From contig NC_068992.1 of the NCBI RefSeq assembly GCF_001194135.2, positions 56,778,001-56,822,017 of the forward strand: a stretch of DNA of 44,017 bases, read 5' to 3'. This stretch comes from Octopus bimaculoides. Lineage: Eukaryota. The notes beneath the pieces were generated by a model, which saw nothing but the letters and a program-made list of their open reading frames with translations, was not told the DNA's origin and made no database searches. This document shows positions 23,904-37,047 of this stretch, in pieces; position 1 is the stretch's first letter, and each line of letters begins with the position of its first letter. A program made the translations under genes and the position numbers.

Positions 23904-25107
23904 AAGAATATTAACAGATAATCTGGCTAAAAACCCCAAAACCGAACACATCCAAATCCTAAGGTGTGGAACAAGTTACGGACTACACAAGAGCATCAGA
24001 AAAATACAGTGAAACAGTTATCAAAAATGGAAGACAACGCGGGCCGAGAAATCTACTGACCAGACTCTTCAAACCAAAATATAAGCCAAGAATGCAATGG
24101 ACAACTATAGCAACAGCAACGTATCCACAACGACAACAGCTGAAAACAATATCAATAATAAACGAACCACAATGTGAATAGAAGCCATAATACACCGTCA
24201 CAGGGTCAGTTAGAACAACAGCAAGATATGAAATCTATGACAGCAAAAGCAACACGTTCAAGATATAGAACAAACATAACTTTATCAAATACAGATCTGT
24301 CAATCAACAATACAGTTCTCAGGAGGAAGAAATACCGACTACTTGAATGTAAAACGATTGTTTGATACTAAAATTTACCATTGCAGGCGCGTTTCGTTTT
24401 AGATTCTACTTGTGTTAACCATCGTTTCACAAAAGTCTATCATAGATATGATGTTTTTGGTAAAGCACTGCATGTTTTTTAATGAGGAGTTCTTCACTAA
24501 CAGCGTGAGATGTACTGGGCATGTAATTAAAGCAAACGTATACCAATTATCCCTGAGGGACAGTGATAATAATTCCATTAACGAAAACAAGATTTAGAGA
24601 AAAAATGGCAAACACTGAATGGTTCACACGAGAACTAATTACACAGGGACGCTACATATACGTGGATATTATACTGATTATCTGTTTGTAATTGCAACGT
24701 TAGCCTGGAGTGGGATTGTCTCCGCCAGGCTTTCTCGCTCTAGGTACGCTACATGGCTGCAACGCCCCAGCGACCCCCAAGGAGTTAAGAGCCTTAACAA
24801 TTGTCAATTCTCACAATATGGGGACTCCGATAATTTGTATTGGAACCTAGAACTTTTATTACTAATTATATGGTTTTTACCTTGCGCTACTTGTTCAATA
24901 TAGTACATAAATTATATTTCCATTTCTAACATTCTGTACCTGCTGGGAGTTGCGATGTTGGAGAAACCAAGATAAATCCTCATAGGCATTTACACATGCC
25001 GACAAAAAGAAAAAAAAAAAAGACCAGCAAATCATAAATAGCACAGGCTCTAGTTACGCAGCGAGAGCAAATACGTATCGGCATGAACACGCACACAAAT
25101 ACACACA

Positions 25108-25144
<37 letters not shown>

Positions 25145-25278
25145 GCACATACACACAAATACACAAATAGTGTTTGCCAAAATACTATGATTCATCTCCT
25201 GTCGTCTCAATATTTTATCACCATTCACTTTTGAAACCGTGAAAGAAGTTGGCTTTTTTAACCATCATCGCAGGCATA

Positions 25279-25388
25279 ACCGGTGGTATATAAATAGCAG
25301 GGCTACTGGAGCGGCAACAGCCATAGCCATATTTTTTCCTTTCCTGTTGTTATAGATCTTCGGGACAGAAAGTTATCGACCGTTTTCT
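25279..25388. repeat. 110-bp direct repeat, copy 1 (copy 2 at 27663-27772)
   Basis: 8 mismatches in 110 bp by manual alignment; contains TATATAAAT. Confidence 0.9.
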
Positions 25389-25394
25389 TGACAA

Positions 25395-25565
25395 TGATTT
25401 TGGTGTGTTTATTCGGCGTTATCTAGCGGTTTGGCAAAAACAGACTGATAGAATCAGTTACTAGGCCTCCGAAGAATAATTCATAGGGTCGATTTCTTCG
25501 ACTAAAATGCTTTAAGTTGGTGCTTCAGCACGACCGCAGTCAGATGAATGGAACAAGTAAAATTT
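25395..25565 (+). mobile_element. SINE family B, 3' half
   Basis: GGTGTGTTTA...GCGGTTTGGCAAAAACAGACTGATAGAAT...GGGTCGATTTCTTCGACTAAA...GGTGCTTCAGCA.GACCGCAGTC. Confidence 0.75.
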
Positions 25566-25670
25566 TAAAAAAATTACGTAAAATCGATTTGGAAAGTGAA
25601 ATCACATTGCCTGAAAATTAGGCTCGTTTCCGGTAGCACACGACCTATATACACATGCATGTATGTATGT

Positions 25671-25971
25671 ATGTGTACGAACTGTCCCAGACAGATATAC
25701 ATATACACACACACACATACAAAAATGTAAACACACTTTCATTAGCTATANNNNNNNNNNNNNNNNNNNNNNNNNNNNNNNNNNNNNNNNNNNNNNNNNN
25801 NNNNNNNNNNNNNNNNNNNNNNNNNNNNNNNNNNNNNNNNNNNNNNNNNNNNNNNNNNTGTATATATGTACATATATATGTATGCTGTCACAATTTGATA
25901 TTAACCAATACTCACATCACTTCTGTGTATATATTTTATATGTGAACTTACACACACAAATATACACGTAG

Positions 25972-26005
<34 letters not shown>

Positions 26006-26080
26006 CTAATGAAAGTGTGTTTACATTTTTGTATGTGTGTGTGTGTATATGTATATCTGTCTGGGACAGTTCGTACACAT
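25671..26080. repeat. Perfect 80-bp inverted repeat (25671-25750 / 26001-26080) spanning an N-gap
   Basis: ATGTGTACGAACTGTCCCAGACAG...TTTCATTAGCTATA is the exact reverse complement of 26001-26080. Confidence 0.9.
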
Positions 26081-27662
26081 ATGTCTCCTTAATACTTTTG
26101 TGGACATACGTTTAAGAATTGATATCTGTCTAGCCTGCAGATTCTTCTGACTTTCTGATTAAATAAAGATCCGCGATACATTTGATATCCAGATATCATG
26201 TGAATAATATCCGTTTATCTATCATGGTATTTAAACACTAAATCACTAAATGTAATATATGTATATCGTGCAGGAAATTATTTTCCAAACAACTGTGGCA
26301 AGTTGGCGCCGACCTTTCTTCTTGAAAGATATAATCTAAACAAGAAGTAACGCTAAAAATTCTGAAATTTCAAATAATACTTTCTCAAATGATAATACAA
26401 ACACTTTCATATATAATGATGCTAATGAGAGTATATCATTGTATGCAACCAAAACCCTAACAAGCCAACATGATATCATTATAAAATATTTAATTTTACC
26501 AAAAATGGTTATCTAATTTTTAACACTCAACTTAATCTCTGTTCAGTGACTATCCTTTACCTCGATATCCAATGTTCCTAGCTGTATCGTCTCCATGCTT
26601 ATATTGAGCTTGCATTCATTGATACTATGGCAATATCGTTTTTTAGTTGTATAATCACACAAGCGTGTCTAATTATAAAATTATATCCTTAAAAATGTGA
26701 AAAAAATATCTTTCTAGTGTACTTAAGTATTTTACTATTTTATATATCTTTATATTTTCAATAATTTTCCATATTCTTTTTAGTTTATATATATTGCTGC
26801 TTCTTTAAAGGTTACGAGGGATATGGGGGAAGGTCGTGTTGAAGGGGAAGAGATTGAAATATGTCGAGATGATGGAGTTATAAGCAATGTGTAGCAAGTA
26901 ATGCATGATTCCATTGTGGTGAAATGCAGGGATTTTGTGGGCGCCTATTCTTCAGGGCTTACATCATAACGAGCATCATGATGGCGAGTAAGCGAAAGGC
27001 TATCAAGGGACTATAGAGTCGGCAGGTATCTCTTGGTGGCTGTAAATCAAGGGATATGAGTCCTGGAAACTGTAGTGCTACCTTGAGCTATACTAACTGG
27101 ACAGAAGTTTGGATATGACCAACTTTGACTGGATTGTCTACGTGAGGGTTTCTGGTTGTTAAATGTCCTCCAAAACAGCCTTCACTCGTGGAGACTCTTG
27201 CATGTCTGGGGAACAGTTTTTGCCAAAATAGCACATGGTACTCATGAACAAATATCCAAGCATTGTTTTTCTATCTCAAAAACGTTAATTTCTAGAGATG
27301 GCTAGTTAGAGAGAATACTTGTAAACGATGGGTTATCGCTCTTATTCGCAAGAATTTCCTATAGAGAAAGTGTTTATGATAACTGTGTGATTAATTCGTT
27401 AATTTTTTTGATCTTTTAGTTTTGCTGCCGCCGTCAATGATTGCCATGCCAATTTTTATATTTTTATTTTTGTTATACCGAACTGTCCCTCATTTCATTA
27501 TTTTCTACAAATCAAGTTTGTGTGTTAGATCATCGATCCCCAAATATTTTTGCACCTCGAACCGGCTTCATTATTCCACCAATCAGAGGATCAAACGCTT
27601 AACATAACACAATAAGTGCATATGTATTATATATTATATATGTCTAATACATACACCTGCGC

Positions 27663-27772
27663 ACCGGTGGTATATAAATGGCAGGGCCACTGGATCGGCA
27701 ACAGCAATAACCATATTTTTTCCTTTCCTGTTGTTACAGAGCTTCAGGACAGAAAGTTATCGACCGTTTTCT
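27663..27772. repeat. 110-bp direct repeat, copy 2
   Basis: Matches 25279-25388. Confidence 0.9.
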
Positions 27773-27969
27773 CCTGTTGACAAATGTACCAACTGTGCAT
27801 TGTCTTGCTCAGACAGTTGTAGTGCCTTAAACTCGAAGCTCTCAACGAGTGACGATAACAGAATACACATCTTGTCCTGAAGGAAGATAAGGAATTTCAA
27901 GGCGATCACGAATTTTGTGTGAACATCACTTGGTATATTTCTTATATTGTGTCGCTCCATGTACTGAGA

Positions 27970-28092
27970 CTCTTCTTCTTCTTCTTCTTCTTCTTCTTCT
28001 TCTTCTTCTTCTTCTTCTTCTTCTTCTTCTTCTTCCTCTCCTCCTCCTCCTTCCCCTCCCCCGCCTCCTCCTTCTTCTTCTTCTTCTTCTTC
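27970..28092. repeat. (CTT)n/(CCT)n microsatellite running into a gap
   Basis: Direct inspection; source of the poly-L/F/K ORFs. Confidence 0.95.
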
Positions 28093-29152
28093 NNNNNNNN
28101 NNNNNNNNNNNNNNNNNNNNNNNNNNNNNNNNNNNNNNNNNNNNNNNNNNNNNNNNNNNNNNNNNNNNNNNNNNNNNNNNNNNNNNNNNNNNNNNNNNNN
28201 NNNNNNNNNNNNNNNNNNNNNNNNNNNNNNNNNNNNNNNNNNNNNNGTTTATTTCTTATAAACAAGCCAAAAAAAAAACAAGGCAGCATCCATTTCGAAA
28301 GAATGCTTGAATTTTCGCAGAGTTGTTTTTTTTTCCCTGTTTTTCTATGACTAAACGATTTTTGATTTCTTTTTGAGTGGCTTTGCTTTTCGGTGAATAG
28401 ACGCCATTGCAAATGTCGTTGAACGAATACAAATTAAAAAAGTTAATGCATTTTACCTTTTAAGTTTTTCCATGGAACAATTCAATTATATAAAATAAGA
28501 TGTTGCAGAGTTTTGATGAGAAATATGAAGTACACATGACATTAGAGATTCGCGGGAAAAAAAATCCATACAAGGACACAGCCAACAATAATATTAATGA
28601 CTTCTAATTTAATTACAAGGCCAATGTATTTGAAGAAATAGGTTGTTCTATTATAATTTCAACAGAAGTATATATCTAATACTCCATTATTTTGATTCCG
28701 GAGAGAAGTAAAATAGATTGACCTCGGCGTGGCCAGAACTAAAATCTTAAGGAGCCTGCAGAGATATCAATATTTTGTGCAACGCTCCAACGAGTCAGCT
28801 AAATGACAAGTCTTTGACAATGGAATTTTTTTGAGACACAAAGCTGCTTATTTTTCGAAGAGGGATTTATTCGATATCATCTGTATCAGCTTTTAAAACC
28901 TATATGTGTCAAAGGGGAATACAAAATTGGTTAGTTTGGTCTTCAGTGCATATCGTGTGAAATACGTCTGGAGAATTAGTCTTTCGTGCCATTCGATTAC
29001 ATAAATCATAGCATAGATGAGGCTAAAGAAAAATGAAAATGAGATCTTTTGCTTTGAATTCAACATGATCACTTGCACAATAAAACAATTTTGAGAATTT
29101 ACACAACCATTTTGAAATCCAGCGGAGTTCATCTCCACATTCTTATACACGG

Positions 29153-29320
29153 AGGCTTAAGCAGCGAGCTAGCAGAACCGTCAGTACACCAGATAAGGTG
29201 CTTAGCAGTATTTCGTCCGTCTTTACTTTCTGAGTTGAAATTCCGCCGAGGTAATCTTGGCCTGTCGTCATTTCAGGGGTCGATAAATTACTACTAGTTG
29301 AGCACCTTGTGCCTACAATA
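29153..29320 (+). mobile_element. SINE family A
   Basis: GCGAGCTAGCAGAACCGTCAG...CTTAGCAGTATTTCGTCCGTCTTTAC.TTCTGAGTTGAAATTCCGCCGAGG. Confidence 0.85.
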
Positions 29321-29454
29321 GTAACGATTCTGAACTCATCAGCGAAGTGTCACCAAGTACATATTCGCTAAAGTTGTGATAAAAGGAACGCGAGATTGTA
29401 GATTTATGTCTGAAAATAGTAATATTTAGACACAAAGCAATATAAAAACAACAC

Positions 29455-29830
29455 TTAGCTGTGTGGTTAACAAGCTCGATTCACAACCACCATCTTTTGG
29501 TTCAGTTCCTTTTGGGAATGTGTCCTCTACTGTATACCCGAGACCAGTAATAATTCGTGTGCAAATCTGGCTGGCGCAGACTGCACTTAAACCTCCGTCA
29601 TATTCATATATGTGTGTGCATGTGTACGTGTGCTTATTCCGTCACGAAATGACGACAGGCGTAGCTTTGTTTATATCTCAATAACAAAGCGGTCCAGCAA
29701 AATGGCCGATCGAATAAGTACCAGACTTAAGAAACAAGGAGTGGGATCGATTTGTTAGAGCAAGCCACTCAAGTTGTTGTCTCAGCGTAGTCTCATTCTA
29801 GTGACTGAAACATTAAAACATTAAAAGAAA
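29455..29830 (+). mobile_element. SINE family B, near full-length degenerate
   Basis: GCTGTGTGG head, GGTTCAGTTCC B-box-like, internal GT run, GCGGTCCAGCAAAA...GAATAAGTACCAG...GACTGAAAC tail. Confidence 0.7.
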
Positions 29831-30261
29831 GACCAGTGAAATGCATGCAATTAAAAGAATTGTTGATTCGCTAGACGTCGACATTGGCATTCTATCTTTT
29901 TGCAGTCGATAAAATAAGAACCACACAAATACTGGAGTCGTTGTAATCGAGTAAATCTCACTTCTTAAAATTCAGGCATTTTGCCTATAGCAGAACGAAA
30001 TGTAACTATTAGAATTTCTACGTACTTTGAACTAATTTTTACATTCCTGTTTGAGTATCATTCTGTTACATTATTTCCATACTCTTACAAGTCAATTATG
30101 ATAGGAACAAGTTTGATAATCAGGGGATTTAATTTGTAAAACTTAGCCTGAAATTAATAATTTCTTTCATTGATGTTGAAATACTTAAGAAAGACTCGAT
30201 AAATTTACCTGGGGCACAGCCTGGAAGTAATTTATTCGAATGAATCATCACCTAGTACATT

Positions 30262-30560
30262 TTGTCTCGCCTTTGCAGAACCGTTTATTTACGGGGCCGC
30301 AAACACACCAAAACCACTTGTCGAGCGGTGGTAGTTTACAGACACACACAAACGCATATATATTCATATATAAATGCGTGTGTCTATGATAGGCTTCTTT
30401 CAGTTTCCATCTACCAAATCCATCCACAATGTGTTGGTCGGCCTGAGACTATAGAAGAAGACACTTGCTCAAATAACACGTATTGGTTCTGAACACGAAA
30501 CCATCTGGTTGTGAAACAAACTTCTCACCACTCAGCCACACAGCTACACTTGTGCCTATG
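30262..30560 (-). mobile_element. SINE family B, near full-length degenerate
   Basis: GGCTTCTTTCAGTTTCCATCTACCAAATCC...GGTCGGCCTGAGACTATAGAAGAAGACACTTGC...CCACACAGC. Confidence 0.8.
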
Positions 30561-31142
30561 TCTTAACAAAACAGTTCGAGTAAATTTGGCAAGTAATAAG
30601 AGAATCGATAGGACGACAGTTGAATTAAAATGTGCTGCAGCATCAATGCTGATTCTATATTATCATTTTGACCCTTGAATCAAGAGAATTTACAATGTCT
30701 ATCCACTTAAGGGGCGGCTAAATAAATAAATAAATAAGTAAATAAATAAATAAATGCTGTTTTCTACTGGAAATGTTTCAGATTAGGTAAACGCATCACT
30801 TTTGCAGCCTTTCTCATGGGAACTAATCAAATTAATTATGAATTTGTTTTACAAATTAAGCCTGACATTTGTGAATAATTCACGTATAACAAGCCTCATA
30901 AAAACAAACAAAGTATCCAACACTAGTAGGTACGTGCATTTAAGCCATGATATAATGAAATACATGGATATTTCCATACACATGATGTATTATAACAATA
31001 CTTCTGGAAGTACACTACCTACAAAACCTCTGCTTCCCTCTGATCGTAATTAATCGAACCAAAGTATAATCTGATTCTTGTCTACATCTGGCTTTAAATC
31101 CCTACTGCATTAACACACACACGCTCACAGACACAGACACAG

Positions 31143-31256
<114 letters not shown>

Positions 31257-32995
31257 TTCTTTGCAAATAATTCTAGAAACTCTCGCAATATTTGAAGATA
31301 GTCTTTCTTGAATTAAAAATGACACGAACCTTTTGTAAGAAAACTTTGGAACTGAAATGAGCGCTTTTATTGTCTATTTTCTCGTAAGTAATAATTTTTG
31401 ATTTTAAAATACGCCTGAAAACGTAGGAACCTGGGCTATGAACAATAATACCACAGTATAGAACATATGATTCTGCGTTGTTAAGATTCGTCTGCTACGA
31501 TCGCCGAATCCATGTTCTTCTATGTGAGCAGCAAATACTAAATTTGCTGTTGTGTGTAAAGATTTGTTAAGCTGGAGTTAATATATTAATGACACGAGGA
31601 GAAGCGGTGATTAAATAAAATTTATGTACCTTTATATATAACATGTTAATATACAGTCAACCGTGGAGAGATCTACGATGTGGTAAATAAATTTCCCTTA
31701 AATACATTGTATGTGAACGGACAACATGCAGGAATGTAAATGACATCATTGAACATATGTTTCTACATAGTTAGCTTAATCAGTTAGTGACAGAATCTGC
31801 CTTAGAGGTAAACTACCGTTGTCATTGGTAAACTGCAAATAAGAAATTTGCCTGTGTGTATGCAAATCTTTGACAAGCTGGAATTAACTTAATACATACT
31901 AAGCAGAGGTGATTGAAATAAAGATATTTACATGTATATTAATTATTTTAATTAATTAAACTTCTACCTGCAGTAATGAGAACAGCTCATTATTTGAAGT
32001 ATTCATTATCGTTTTAAAAGACAAAGCAGAAAAGCCCAGGGTGTAAAGTCATTAAAATTAATAAACAATAGAAGGCAGTGGTGAGTTACAGAAGAGCTTC
32101 TGAGGTTCCCTCCCTTGTATTTTCTTCCATTAAAGATTCGATTTTTTTCAACATTACAAGTATATTCTTAATTAAATCCCATGTCAAATAAAATCTTTGG
32201 AGCACTACATTAATAAATTAAGTGCACACATTATTATTTAGTGTTAAACTACATTATGAAATATGAACTACTCATGTATCCATGAAATTAAAAGTTAATG
32301 AGACGAAGTCATAACCGAATCATTAAAGAATAAACATAAGAGGATGAGAATGCATAAAGGGATCGATATCTGATTAGGAAAATAACTCACTGAATTTCGA
32401 TGCCAGTCTATTTGGTTTTGAATACATGTATTAGAAACGAGCTTATTTTTTCTTAAATCTAATCGAAGATATCGAGATGCAGAGAACCATACAATAAAGA
32501 AAAGGTTGTTTTTCCTAGAATACGTCGCTGAACTTCGATTTAACTTAATTTGGATTTCAATATATATTCTATGAGACACAAATTTAATTTTTAAAATCTA
32601 TTTAATGTTTAGGAAGTAAGTTAAAACACTACACAATAATTCCCAGATTTTGGGACTTTTGTCCAATAAAACCAAATTTCAATTTCTTGTTTATTTTTGT
32701 CTTCAAGAAAATTCCCAATTTAATTCGGCTTTCCTCTCAGTTTCATGCAAAAATCGCACATTTGCAAGATCTGGTTATTCAGAACCTGGCACTTTCGTTC
32801 GTTGCTTGTTTGTTTTGTTGTTTCTTTCTTTCCTTCAGTCTTTTATTCCTTTCTTGGAGTTAATAATTAACAATGGAAAATGAGCGGACATGCAAGGGAT
32901 CGAGCATGAAAGAAAGCGAAAGGGTGAGGGACAAAGAAGAGTCTGTCTATCTGTGTGCTTTGTGTATGTATGTGTGTTTGTGTGTGTGTGTGTTT

Positions 32996-33038
<43 letters not shown>

Positions 33039-33052
33039 AGATACAGATAGAG

Positions 33053-33092
<40 letters not shown>

Positions 33093-34052
33093 TGCAATAA
33101 AATTTTGCGAACAAGTCGAGATAAAACAAAACTGAAATAACACAATAAAACAAAAAAAAAATAAATAAATAACTCAAAAATATACAGGTGAAAAAATGGA
33201 AGGAACAACAAAATATTTCTATCTTCATAAAAGTATTCCATTATAAATTATCATATATTCTTTAATAGGAACAAAAGAAAACTCCAAAACAATCAAAACA
33301 AAGCACATCCACAAAACTGAGAGTAGCTTTGGTGAAATGTCTCTACTGAAATACGACGCTGCCAAGTTCCCTACAATAATCCACTTATAATGGACAATAT
33401 AATTTAACAGTTCAGGCAGTTGGAAAATTGCTAGCCTACTCTAAGGAGATTATTCGTTGGTTCCGGATTGATGAATCTAAACTAATAGGATAGCAAGTAG
33501 CAAGGAAAAGAAATACTTTACAAACAGTGAAAGGCCCAACTTTATCCATTAAATATATTTTCATTCTCCAAATGACATTATTTAAAAGTATTGTAGCATA
33601 TCATAGTTTCGGGAAATTGCGAAATAGATGTCAATTTTCTTTTTTTCTTCTTTTTTTTGTCTCATGACTGTCGCTAAGTTAACGGTGAATGTTATCGTGT
33701 TTCATCGATGTGGAAACTTTCAGTGGAATTGTGCTATAGAATTCGTCGAAGAATAAAATCAACGAAACAATAAAAATCAATAATAATAATTCCAGTGATA
33801 GATAAATGCGTTTGCGCCTGTGTTTCGTGTACTTTCACTGTCTATAATTGCGCAAACACGTCATTGTTTATTTTGACACATACTGTTAAAGATAATAGAC
33901 GGTACATTAAAACACATACGACCAACTATTAGATAAATAAATGTAATTGAGACGGATTTCAATAAATCCCCTATTTTTAACAAAATAAAATCTGTTTGTG
34001 AATATGCAGTCAATGAGTCATTGAATTATTGGAACAATATGTTAGAATATGA

Positions 34053-34096
<44 letters not shown>

Positions 34097-34350
34097 NNNN
34101 NNNNNNNNNNNNNNNNNNNNNNNNNNNNNNNNNNNNNNNNNNNNNNNNNNNNNNNNNNNNNNNNNNNNNNNNNNNNNNNNNNNNNNNNNNNNNNNNNNNN
34201 NNNNNNNNNNNNNNNNNNNNNNNNNNNNNNNNNNNNNNNNNNNNNNNNNNNNNNNNNNNNNNNNNNNNNNNNNNNNNNNNNNNNNNNNNNNNNATATATA
34301 TATATATATATATATATATAAAGGTAGAGAGAGATTTGAAAAGTGAGAGT

Positions 34351-34530
34351 GAGGCGCAGGCGTATCTGTGTTGTAAGAAGTTCGCTTCCTGAGCCGAAAC
34401 TGAGCAAGTGTTTTCTACTATAGCTTCGGGCTGACCAATATCTTGTGAGTGAATTTGGTAGACGAAAACCGAAAGAACCCCTCGTATATATATATATGTA
34501 TATATACGTGTGTGTGTGTTTAAGTCTTTG
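34351..34530 (+). mobile_element. SINE family B, 5' half
   Basis: GAGGCGCAGG head...CAAGTGTTTTCTACTATAGCTTCGGGCTGACC...GAATTTGGTAGACGAAAACCGAAAGAA. Confidence 0.8.
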
Positions 34531-35367
34531 CCATTAATCATTTTGGAGTTGATAAATTATAAGTCGCTGAAATGGAATTAGCCCCACTTGTGTTACTGGT
34601 ATTGAGCCAAAATTTGAAATAAATATATAGATTCTGTGATCTCGGTAATTAGATTTAATGAAGGGAAGATGATGGAATGTCGATGAATACTACTACTATT
34701 AGGAATTGAAAACGTAAATTTTCCGAATTATGTCCGCCATCAAAGAGCAGAAAAGATATTAGATAATGGTAGCTTTAACAATCATCAGTTTTTTGCAGTT
34801 TTTGCACGATTGCGCTACGTTGATCACTTAGCATAAATGCTACAGAATCATACTTTAATATAAATTTTTAGGTTTATTTTACCACTATGTCAGTGAGTTG
34901 TCCACAACACATTTTAACACCAAGATCTCTGATATTAGTGGCAGCAACCGAGTCCTTTATACTCTAGAAGAAGCTCTGGCTTTCTTGTTTGCAGCTAACG
35001 GATGGAATGAGGCTTTTAAGCTAGTATAGCATAAAATTGCATTGTCTAGTTGATAGGTTAAAGATTACGCTGGTAAAGTCTGAAGATTACGATGGTAAGG
35101 ACATAAGTTTCAATTTCTGTATTGGGTAACATGTTGTAACTTTGGGCAACATACTTTATTTAACGTTAAACCTGTCTACCTAGCGGGAATGTGTCCCGTT
35201 AGGGTGTTGATGTGGTCATCTTTTGTCATTCAAAACAACGGATGTTCCTGTTTCACAATGGGAGGGCCGAGAACATATTTATATTTCCTCGTGACTACAT
35301 ACTCACCTAGAACTGATTAAATGAGTGGTACGCAGTTTCAGTTCAACCTTGATTGTACTTGATAATT

Positions 35368-35368
<1 letters not shown>

Positions 35369-35432
<64 letters not shown>
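35369..35432. repeat. (CTAT)n microsatellite (second array at ~35919-36007)
   Basis: Direct inspection; source of the (YLSI)n ORFs. Confidence 0.95.
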
Positions 35433-35433
<1 letters not shown>

Positions 35434-35917
35434 ACTTTCTCTCTCTCCTTGTGTGTGTGTGTGAGGTGTATGTGAGTGAGTTAGCGTGTGTGTCACTAGA
35501 AACATACGACGGGATATCACCAAGTATATTGGCCAGTACCAAGTACACAGCAAACGGCGCTTGCGAACTCCCTACACAAACGGATATATCAAAGGACTAC
35601 GTGAATGCGACCCAAGCGATTCGCCACCAGATTTTCAGAATGCCAGTGCATATTGAAATCCGAATAGGCTTTCTTAAATTTTAACATCACATTATATAGA
35701 AAAACTTTTTCTCCTTTCCAAGCTTTTAAAGAGAATTAGCCTGTATATATTTGCAGCAAAATAAAATTCGGATAAATAACAATAAATGTTGATATTGAAA
35801 GATGTCTTACTCTTTAAAATGTAAAATGTCAACAAATCAAACTTAAACAATATACATTGTACTTATGTACTTAAATTTTATAGATGGATGTTACTTCAAC
35901 ACACGAGGGAAAATGCA

Positions 35918-36008
<91 letters not shown>

Positions 36009-36021
36009 ATATGTATATATA

Positions 36022-36191
36022 TACACGACGGGCTTCTTTCAGTTTCCGTCTACCAAATCCACTCATATGGTTTTGATCGACCCGAGGCTATAGTAGAAGG
36101 CACTTGCCCATGATGCCAAGCATTGGGACTGAATCTGGAACCATGTGGTTGGGAGGCAAGCTACTTACCATACAACCACTCCTGCACCTAT
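36022..36191 (-). mobile_element. SINE family B, 5' half, well preserved
   Basis: ACGACGGGCTTCTTTCAGTTTCCGTCTACCAAATCCACTCA...AGGCTATAGTAGAAG.CACTTGCCCA...GGGACTGAA...CCACTCCTGCACCTA; contains a CORE-like GGGCAAGTG segment. Confidence 0.9.
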
Positions 36192-36209
36192 ATTGCTCAT
36201 GTGTATAAA

Positions 36210-36334
<125 letters not shown>

Positions 36335-37015
36335 TATATACACATACATACATGCACACCCATATATGTATACACGTATATGTAAATTTAATATGCGCTA
36401 CAAGTAAATATGGAATTAGATATAAATATTGCTTGCAACTATTACAACATGCAAACATAATGAAATGAAAGAACGTTGGAAAATATAAGTATACGAATGA
36501 AAACAATCAAATCAGGCAAATTTTCGTTTTCATTGTAATTCCTCAGTCAAAATTCTGATATATCATTTTCGTAGATAAAATTCTCATCATGGATGACGTA
36601 GCAATAAATTATATTTTACATTCACATGCATGTTATTGTCTTCCATAATATCTGAAATATAACTATTGGTTACGGTGGTTTGACAAAAAGAAAATACTTT
36701 AAAATTTACCAAACGTTATATGGTTTACTCATAAACTCAAATGTACCGTTATCGGTCTGGTTGTAATATTCTATTCAAACATGTTTCTTCATCTTTTGTG
36801 TAGAATAGATTCCATGGAGTAAAAGAAAGTATGACAAAACGTATTTTATTCATATATATTTTATTGCATGATAGATCTGCCGAAGCCAACAATTGCGAAA
36901 AGAAAACCTATAATTCTCCTGTAAATATATTCACTCTACGATGTTTTGCGGAAACAAACGCGCAACCCCCACCCACCCACATAACATACACACACACATA
37001 GGTATACACATACCC

Positions 37016-37047
<32 letters not shown>

